This document shows positions 40,001 to 48,905 of a stretch of DNA of 64,000 nt, piece by piece (position 1 is the stretch's first letter; each line of letters begins with the position of its first letter). This stretch comes from Azolla caroliniana (Eukaryota; Plantae; Polypodiophyta). The stretch spans positions 17,360,001 to 17,424,000 of the forward strand of contig JBHGNT010000010.1 in assembly GCA_043228905.1 (NCBI GenBank). The letters run 5' to 3'. The notes below the pieces were generated by a model. It was not told where the DNA came from. It did not search any database and worked only from the letters and a program-made list of their open reading frames with translations. A program made the translations under genes and the position numbers.

Positions 40001-40993
40001 ACAAATGATGTGATCGAGATATGTAATCGAGGTATATACCTCTACGCACACGAAACATCCAGAAATAAGAGATTATTGTAATACGCAATTGAGGTATTGA
40101 CCTCTTACGCATACGAGACCAAACGCATATCCTTTACAACAAATCAAGGTATTAAACTCGTACGCAAACGTAACATATGTTCGTGAACGTAATATGTAAT
40201 TGAGGTATTAACCTCGTCCGCATACGACACTCATCACATATTATTTATATGTCAAACGAGGTATTGACCTCGTGCACATATGTAAACGTTTTAGATAATC
40301 AATTAAAGACCACTACAACATCATTGACTTAATGAAAAAAAAAGACATATAAACTAAACACATGATTAGATGGGAGAAGAGAGAATAGAAAAAAAAATTA
40401 AAAAAATTACGGAAAGAGTTACCGAAGTTCTTTGTTGATCGTTGTCTGGATCAAGGCCAACCGAACATCGATCAATCACCATCAATCAAAAGACAAAAGA
40501 CAAACAAAGAAACATTAGTACATAGCTCTGAAACCAAATATTAGAGATCTAGGTACTAAAGTAAGCTTAAGATAAGGATAAACTAATGATAGATAGAAAG
40601 GAGAAAGAGAAAGAAGGGTGATGATCCACCCGACCACCCCCGAGCGAAGGGATCGAGACGGACTCGAGCCTTGATTGGCGTCCCATACCACCGTCGTGGC
40701 GTCGAGTCGTACTTGGTGTTGGCGCGCTCGTTACAAGAGTTGACCCACCACAAGAGTAGAGTCTCGATGTAGTCAAAAGATGACCAAATGAGGGTAGTTA
40801 GGCCTCTTATTTATAGCGATACTCAAGGCCCCTAGGCAAGTTCACACTTGACCTAATGGGTTGTCTCAATCCCGAGGATTAAAAGTAATCTTCCCCTTCT
40901 TTACACTCTCGTTTAACCCTCACACTTATCCACGTGTATAGAATACAACGGTAAATTCTCACCACGGGATATTAAATGGTCATGCCCGTAACA
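34020..40993 (-). mobile_element. Full-length Ty3/Gypsy chromovirus, inactivated by stops and frameshifts
   Basis: 5-bp TSD tgcat at 34015-34019 and 40994-40998. LTRs at 40539-40993 and 34020-34466. PBS tggtttcagagc (tRNA-iMet-like, 1 mismatch) at 40525-40536 and PPT at 34467-34480. Gag 38838-38203, protease LFDSGSSHNF, RT FLDDILVY, RNase H, integrase (GPF motif) and C-terminal chromodomain HVPERILDVK..IKW. Confidence 0.96.
40021..40282. repeat. Array of 5 regularly spaced ~25-nt hairpin repeats with variable spacers in the chromovirus 5' leader
   Basis: Cores GAGGTAT(T/A)(G/A/T)ACCTC-(G/T)TACGCATACG-like at 40029, 40091, 40146, 40202 and 40258 (periods 62, 55, 56, 56). Confidence 0.8.
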
Positions 40994-43900
40994 TGCATGT
41001 TGTTGATGTTATCACAATAAATAGGGATCGGGGTCGGTACCTCGATCCGCAAGTCTCGCAACAGTCGCCGAAGCCAAATGGCTTCGCAGGTAGCCACAGT
41101 CGCGCCCCGGTACTCAGCCTCAGTGCTAGACAGAGCCACTGATGGCTGCTTTTTGCTGCTCCACGCAATAGTCGACGCTCCCAAGAGAAAACATAAATCC
41201 GGAAGTCAATCGGCGATCTGACGCATCACCGACCCAGTCGGCATCCGTGTAGCCGACCAACTCTTCAATTATACTTCGCCGGTATAACAGTCCCCAGTTC
41301 TTCGTGCTGCTTATATATCGCAATATTCGTTGTGCGCACTGAAGGTGCTCCACAGTTGGTTTTTGCATGAATTGGCTTATCACTCCGATCGGATAGCTGA
41401 TGTCGGGTCGGGTGATGGTCAAATATATAAGGCTTCCAACGATTTGTCAGAACCGTTTCTCATTGCAGGCCGGTCCGGAGTTGGGACGGAGCTTCTGGTT
41501 CCGGTCCAAGGGTGTGGAGACAGGTCGACATTCTGTCATGCCGAACTTGTACAACATATTCAACGCGTAATGTCGTTGTGAGTGCAATATGTCATCGGGG
41601 GTGTGGATCATCTCGATCCCGAGGAAGTAATGAAGGTCCCCCAGGTCCTTCATCTCAAATGTGTCCGACAACTGGGACTTGACGCGGTCGATTTCAGAAA
41701 GGCCCGGTCCGGTGATGACTAAATCATCAACATACCGGACCGTCTGAGCCTTTCCGAATGAACAATGAAGAGTCTGACTTGGAGGCCGCGAATCCCATCT
41801 TACACAACCGGTGTGTGATTTTCGCATTCCAAGCTCGGGGGGCTTGCTTCAAGCCGTAAAGTGACTTCTTTAGTCTACATACCGCCGACTTGTTCATCTC
41901 TGATTGGAAACCAGGGGGTTGGATCATATAGACCTGTTCTTCAAGATCTCCTTGAAGGAAGGCATTCTTCACATCCATCTAGTGAGAGATGCCACCCCCT
42001 TGCCGCAGCAACTGCCAGCACCACACGAAGGTCTCGTCGTAATCAATTCCATGGGTCTACGCGTACCCCTTTGCCACTAATCGGGCCTTGTACCGGTTGA
42101 CTGAACTGTCGATGTTGTACTTTACCTTGTACACCCACTTGCATCCGATCGGTTTGCAGTGACAGGGAGGGTCAACCAGGTCCCATGTCTCGTTGGCATC
42201 CAGTGCCTGCATTTCTTCCTCCATAGCGGCACGCCAATTTGCGTCCTTTGCCGCTTCTGCGTAGCTCTCCGGCTCACGCACTTCCGCCACCTTAGTCATG
42301 TACGCATAGTGATGCGCCATGTACCCATTGTACCCGTACCGCTTGACGGGATCCTTCTGGCGGGTGGACCGACGTAATTCACCGTTGCCCGTATTGAGGC
42401 CCTTCTTGGCCGGTCCACACTTCGTTGCCGAATATTCGCCTTTCTCCTTGCCGGAGTCGGATGCACACCGATCCGACTCATCATTGCCGGTTTCGGATTC
42501 TGGCATCTTTTTTTTCCCTTTCTCTTTGCGTGTGAGCCGTCTCCTCGGTTCCTTGCGCGGGGAGAGCACGGCAGAGTCTCCACTACTCGTCGGTTCCTCA
42601 TCGGACTGGTCAGATTGACTCAGTCTCTCGTTCGGTCCGCTCAACCGAAACGATTCTGGACTCTCAACTTGAGTCCACGCTTCATCATCCTCTACCTGGG
42701 CCGGTTCTGGCTCACTAGCCTCATCCTCCGGCATCGGGACGAGATCGGAAGTCAGAGTCGGTAAGGAATACCATGATGCCGATTCATCGAACTCGACATC
42801 TCGTCTAACTCGGACCTGCTTTGTTCAGGGGTTATAACACTTATAACCCTTTTGCTCTTGAGTATAGTCGACGAGGATGCATTTTTCTAATTTTGCATCC
42901 AGCTTCCTTCGCTTCTCATCCGGCACATGCATATATGCAATGCTACCGAATATCCTAAGGTGTCTTAAGTTTGGCTTGCGCCCGAAATACAGCTCGTGAG
43001 CTGACACCTTGTCACCGATCTGGTTTTGAATGTAGACGGCCGTCTGGACCGCCTTCGCCCAATAGAATTTGGGCATGCTCTTCTCCTCCAGCATTGCCCT
43101 TGCCGCATCAATAAGCGACCGATTCTTCCTTTCGGCGACACCGTTCTGTTGCGGTGTGTATCTGCAGTTGTACTCGTGCCGAATTCCTTTTTGCTGCAGA
43201 TAGTTGTTGAATTGGCAAGAAAAATATTCTTTTCCGCCATCCGACCGCAGGCATTTGATCTTCCTCTCCAATTCCCGTTCCACCATCTTCTAGAGGCTCC
43301 GGAAACATTTGAAGACTTCACTCTTCCAGTCAATGAGGTAGATCCATGTGTGCCGTGTATAGTCGTCAATGAGGGAGACGAAATATCGACTCCCGCCAAG
43401 ACTAGCATTCTGTGTCGGTCCCCAGACATCCGAATGGATAAGGTCGAGCTTGTTACGGCTCCGGTTTCATTCGGTGGGGAATGGAAGCCGGTGTTGTTTC
43501 CCAAGTTGGCATGCTTCACATACTTGGGCTCTCCGGACGCTAAACTTCGGTAAACCGAAAACAACTTGTTTTGTTTGCAGGTCTTGAAGCCTCCGGTAAT
43601 TGACGTGGCCTATCCGCTTGTGTCACAAGTCGATGTCCAACTCGACCTTCTGTCCTTTTGCGAATAGAGTGGTGCCGACGTCATTGGTGTTGAGGATAAA
43701 CATCCTCCCGTCTCTACGCCCTTGCGCAATAACTTCGCCCTAATCCTCAATGAAGCACCCAAGGTGTGTAAACCGCACCTCCATCCCCTGGTTGACGATC
43801 TGTCCGACCGACACCAGGTTCTTCGTGATTGTCAGAACGTGTAACATGTTCATCAACTTCCCCTTCTATCCAACGTGGCTCAAAGGGACTTCTCCGACAT

Positions 43901-45089
43901 GCACAATTGGGTGAGGAGTGTCGTCTCCGGTTTCGACTACTCCTGGTTGATCTGGTTTCTCCAACAAAGAGAACCACTCCTTGTGACTCGTCGTGTGGTT
44001 TGACACTGCCATTCTTATAAAGTCTTGCAATGCCTTTGACCCATGTCTCTTCAAAGCCGAGTTTCCCCATCACACTTTCTAGAAAGTTCTAGCATACCCT
44101 GTCATATGCTTTCTCAAAATCTAGTAGCACCACTGCTACCTTTTTGTTGGTACACTTGGCAAGGGCTATTGCTTCCTAGAATGAGAAGAGGTTGTCTAGG
44201 ATGGATGAATGAGTTGAGGGAGAAGTGGTGTTAAATGGCATGCCACGATTTTTTCGAGCAACTTATAGACAATATTTAGAAGAGTTATGCGCCGCCACTT
44301 GCTAACGTCGTTGGCATTCCCACCACTTTTAGGAATGAGATGTATCATCCCCTGTCCAAATTCCTCTAACATGCTTCCAGAGGTGATGATCTCCTCATAT
44401 GCCTGGAGGAGGTATTCTTTAATAGTGTCCCAAAGGCATGTGAAAAAGTGCGGGGTGAGGCCGTCGATTCCAGGGCATGTATTTGTAGTTTTGTGTAGCA
44501 TATTGATGTAATGTGTGCAATGTGAGCATCCACATCCTCCCAACCAATAATATATTGACATTGCAAAAAAACTTCATTCATCAAGGAATTTATCAGGCCA
44601 TCATGAAGCTAATGAAGATACCATCCCTACATCTTTGAAACCAATTTAATCATATATCCATACCTACAAAACTTAAGTTTTTGCTTCTTTATTTTATGTC
44701 ATTTAAGTGTTTTTATTTGCTTCCATGCAATAATGAGAAGTTGATGGTGAGGCATTTTTTTGAACCTCAACGGTTTGCTCGACAACCCTTTCCACAATGA
44801 TTATCTCAAAGGGGAGTTATACATCAAGCGATCAAGAACTTTGTAATTCATTACAAAATGAATTGTTCGTTTCTTCTTGATTGTTACATTGATATACAAA
44901 AGAGAAGTTGATATTTCAATTCAATCATTTATTTTGATTGGGAGTTGTAGATTTAGGAGATGTCGTTAATAATGAATTTCAAAGGTTGTCAGAATTTGAA
45001 GATGCCAAATGATGGTTATGTATTCCTCTAATTTATAGATTTATTTGGGAGAAATTACAAGATATAGCATAATTGCATGAATATTTGTC

Positions 45090-45740
45090 AATGAAAACAA
45101 ATTGTGCGCCTTGGGTGGATTGGTGGTTAAAGGATGGTACATGCTTGTTATAGGTCACCACAAAATATATTGTATCATCATTCAATTACATCATTATCAT
45201 GGATATCACCTAAAACATAAAATGCGTGGAATGCTTGTATGTCAAACGCAAGGTGATGACAAATTTTGCAATCTGATTGGCATTCTCATTTGCCATTTCA
45301 TGCAAAGGTATTCGTATGGAGAGTTGTGATTGGTGGACTTCCATTAGGTTCATCCTTAAAAAGACTAAGACTAGGGTCAAGTACGTGCTTCTTTTGCACC
45401 ATTCGGTTGGAGGACAATACACATAGGTTCATTAAATGTCCTATAGTGCATATCATTTTGAAGTACTTATTGGATATCTAGCAAGTTTTAACCCATTGTT
45501 ATTTGAGGCCTCAATAATGATACAAGCATGTTCGATATTGGACATGGGATGAAACCCTATATGAAGAAATTGAACAACATTCTTTTGTGGAATTTCTAGA
45601 CATAAGAGCATGTGGGGATCATTTCCTCAAGTGCATATTCATGTTTTCTAAAGACTTTACAGGACATCCTTGTCCTTACATATGTAGTAGGTAGAAGAGA
45701 CTAGGAAGTTGTAACAAGTGGATTTTCAATACAATTATAA
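45090..45740 (+). mobile_element. L1-type LINE 3' relic (zf-RVT region), copy A
   Basis: WHSHLPFHAKVFVWRVVIGGLPLGSSLKRLRLGSSTCFFCTIRLEDNTHRFIKC is the zf-RVT signature. Confidence 0.8.
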
Positions 45741-45756
45741 TATAAATGTGTGCTTT

Positions 45757-45789
<33 letters not shown>

Positions 45790-45791
<2 letters not shown>

Positions 45792-47218
45792 ATTATCATT
45801 TTCGGAGGTCAAATATGACTGACCCAAAAAATTACATTTCACATGATGTGTGGAAGTGAGTAATGACTCTTGATGTTTAAGAACTTTACCAATGAATGAT
45901 GTAATCGAGAGTGCATATCGTGGTTGTGCGAGAAATTCGTGCAAGGATTGGGCTTGGTCGAAGATGTGTGGAATGCATGGTCAAATATGATCAAAGGCAG
46001 AGCATTGTATCAAAGTGTGATACACTGACTCTCGAACTTGTTTAGGGCAAAGTGTGCATAGTCGACCACTCTCATCACTTGTGCCCCAACGTCTTGTCTC
46101 ACATCGCAATGCATGTGAGCTAAGTCACATAAAAGCAAACAGAATGGGCTCTAACATGTATTGATGTGTACAGTTTCCCCATTCCACGAAGAATATGGTT
46201 TTGTAGTTAGGCGCAACATGTATAGTATAATGTATGAAGCGTGACCTCCACATTTTTCCCATGTCATGATACATTGGCATTGCAAAAAGGCCTCATTTAC
46301 AACGGAATCTAGTGATGCATCATGAAGCAAATGTGTCACATCCCATCTACCGAACCACTTTTTCATATTTTACATCCAATCGGAACACAAATTTTGTCTT
46401 TTATGCGTCTTTTGGATCTTTTTGCTTGTTTCCCATGTGATTCTAAGAATTGGAAGTCGATGCGAGGTACTTTTCGAACCTTAAGCACGTATACAACAAC
46501 CCTTTCCATGGCCAAGCTCTCAATGGGAAGTGATCTCGTCTCAAGGAGGAGGAGGATGTATGGCATTTGTTTCTTAACTTGTAGAAACTTTGTAAGAAAA
46601 TGTTTTTGGACATTTTCAAACTCTTTCCAAGTAGATTTAGGGATGCTACCACCCCATACTTCCACCCCGTAGAGAAGCATAGGGTGTCACCAAAGTGTCG
46701 AAAAGGTATTTCTTGAGAACCCAACACTTAATATCTCCATGATTGCATGTGTTCTCAAATGCGTAATATGCTCACTTTTCTGCCTCGAAGCGGCGTCTAG
46801 CACATTCATTCCATATATGATTTGAAAGAACTTCAAGGCCAATATATTTGAAGCTTTCCACACATTCGAGTGGCTCATTATTGTACACAATGCATGGCTT
46901 ATCTCTTTTTTGGCTCTTCACAAGCATGATCTTTGTTTTAGAGCCATTAACACTTAATCTCGTATGCATACAATTTTTTCCAATGCCTTCATAAGCTTTT
47001 GCGCATATCCTAAAGTATTTGCAAAATGCACTACATCATCCATATCCATGGCAAAAGCATAATGACATCATTCCCAATTACAACTTCTTCAACACATTCT
47101 TCCTTTATAAACTCAGCAACCATTTTTTCCAATTCATCAATGCATAAACCAAATAGAGTTGGTGCGAGTGGGCATCCTTGCTTCACACCAATAGTGCTAT
47201 CGAAAAAATCCGTTCACA

Positions 47219-47220
<2 letters not shown>
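45790..47220 (-). mobile_element. 5'-truncated RTEX/RTE-like LINE (RT plus C-terminal zinc knuckle) flanked on both sides by (AG)n
   Basis: Motifs IGVKQGCPLAPTLFGLCIDEL, DDVV, LSVNGSKTKIM, FKYIGL, LLYGVEVWG and SSHALRCETRRW..RLCTLCPKQVRESVYHTLIQC. (AG)n tracts at 45760-45787 and 47222-47267. Confidence 0.82.
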
Positions 47221-47271
<51 letters not shown>

Positions 47272-47272
<1 letters not shown>

Positions 47273-47990
47273 CCATTGAAAACAAATGTTGCACCTTGGG
47301 TGGATTGACGGTTACAAGACGATACACGTTTGTTACAACCCACTACAAATATATTGTATCCTCATGCAATGACATTAGTATCTTGGCTATCACCTAAAGC
47401 AAAAAATGTATGGAATGTATGTAAGTTGAATGCAAGGTGGTGGAAAATATTACAACATGGCTGGTATTCCCATTTGCCATTTCATGCAAAGGTATTCATA
47501 TGAAGAGTCATGATTGGTGGGCTCCCAGTAGGTTCAACCTTAAAGAGACGAGGACGAGGGTACAACACTTGTTTCTTTTGCACCATTCCATTGGAGGATA
47601 GTACACATAGGTTCATTAAATGTCCTATAATGTGTACCATTTGGAAGTTGAACGTTTGAGAAGTTTTCACCCATTGTTATTTGAGACCTCAACTATGAAT
47701 TTTTCGCAGTATCTTCAAAATGGTTCAAATGACGAAATGGAGATATTGTTCCAATCTTTACGTTACTGGGGCTACAACACAATTGGAAAATGCATAATGC
47801 TTTCATGTTTGATAGTAAACATGGGGTGAAAGCCTATATGAAGAAGTTGAAAGGTATTCTTATGTGGAATTTGTGGATGTTAGAGCATGTGGGGATCATT
47901 TCCTCAAATGCATATTCAAGTTTTCTAATGGCATTACAGGACGTCGCTCTCCCTAGATAGGCAATAAGATAGATAGATAGGTAGAGGAGA
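47272..47990 (+). mobile_element. L1-type LINE 3' relic (zf-RVT region), copy B
   Basis: Colinear similarity to 45090-45740 over most of its length. Confidence 0.8.
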
Positions 47991-47994
47991 CTAA

Positions 47995-48325
47995 AGAAGA
48001 AAGCGGAAAGCAAAGTTTTCCAAAAGCACATAATTAATTTTCACGAGAGAAAAAGAAAAGAGAGAGTGGAGAGAGGATAAGAAGAGAAAAAAAAGGAGAC
48101 GGACAACAGGAACTATCGAGGCGGAAAGCAGAAAGCGGAAAGCAAAATTCTGCAAAAAGCACACAATTATGTATAATTGTGTGTGTGTGCTTCTACCAAA
48201 GATAAGAGGGAAAAAAAGAGAGAGGATACCCAACAGAAACTATCGAGGTGGAAAGGCGAAAGCAGAAAGCAGAGGTGGAAAGCAGAAAGCAGAAAGCAGA
48301 AAGCAGAAAGCAAAACTCTCCAAAA
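47995..48325. repeat. (GCAGAAA)n heptamer-based repeat region upstream of the kinesin gene
   Basis: Repeated aaagcagaaagc(a/g)gaaagcaaaa modules. Confidence 0.7.
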
Positions 48326-48400
48326 AAAGAAACGTGTGACGCGCGCGGGAATGCGAGCAAAAATCAAACGGTCTCAAAATTTGAAGCCTCTCCCCCCCCA

Positions 48401-48445
<45 letters not shown>

Positions 48446-48905
48446 AGACTCTGCAGAAAGAAGCCATAGCTAGGGCAGCCTGAACACACAGACACAGACA
48501 CAGACACACACAGAGATCATTCCATCCATCCTCTGAAGTTGCGGCCGACGCCACACTCAGAAGAGAGGGAGGGCCTCAGATCCATAGAACACGAGCTCTC
48601 ACAGAGAAGCCATAGACGCTGTGGGAGCTACAGCCTAGAGACGCTACAGATCATAGACGCCACAGATCGGGAAAGCGCCTTCGATCTAGGAGACAGAGAA
48701 CGTACAGGCTCGGCAGAAGCACCGGTCGAGACAGGGAAGTCATTGCGATCTGCATCTTATGACATAGCTACGGCACACCGAAGATCAGAGATAGGGAGTT
48801 AGAGTCTCAGAGATCCATCCTCCGTCTCGCCAAATCACAAGTTTCCTGTGGTACAGCTATCTTCCAGGTGCTTCCTCTCCGAATCCTGTTTTCCTCGCCA
48901 TCGCC

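Larger units (their letters stand above)
32598..44003 (-). mobile_element. Ty1/Copia LTR retrotransposon, 5'-deleted (no 5' LTR or gag), interrupted by a Gypsy element
   Basis: Protease remnant SNHTT, integrase [48 protein letters not shown], and RNase H YTDADW/SSTEAEY/CDN..MQLAKNP/KHIEVHYHFVRE/ADIFTKPL. PPT at 33030-33041 precedes the 3' LTR. Confidence 0.93.
30337..44476 (-). mobile_element. 5'-truncated L1-clade LINE (ORF2 RT to C-terminus) in two pieces, 44476-44004 and ~32592-30337, with a 12-bp TSD
   Basis: TSD atgtatttgtag at 30325-30336 and 44477-44488. RT motifs PGIDGL, LIPKSG..WRRITLLNIVYKL, LLDFEKAYDRV, EFADDT and KYLGFQIG are present. T-run (A tail on the minus strand) at 30339-30346. 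Many stops and frameshifts. Confidence 0.88.
30245..44730 (-). mobile_element. Old RTEX-like LINE relic split into 30245-30336 and 44489-44730 by the nested insertion
   Basis: Rejoined flanks (aaacatatgggctctaa...gaatatgtatttgtag|ttttgtgtagcatattgatgtaatgtgtgcaatgtgagcatccacat...ttgacattgcaaaaaaacttcatt) align colinearly with the intact copy at ~46135-46330. Confidence 0.7.

Noticed and set aside
40021-40282. Calling the hairpin-repeat array a true CRISPR locus
   Set aside because: It is in eukaryotic DNA inside a retrotransposon leader, the repeats are degenerate, and no cas genes are present. Kept only as a repeat/finding.
43747-44073. 108-aa ORF as a novel chimeric protein
   Set aside because: It spans the L1/Copia deletion junction, and the Copia part is read in the wrong frame
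48240-48802. ORFs upstream of the kinesin gene
   Set aside because: Derived from GCAGAAA, CT and CA repeats and the probable 5'UTR; no recognisable domain
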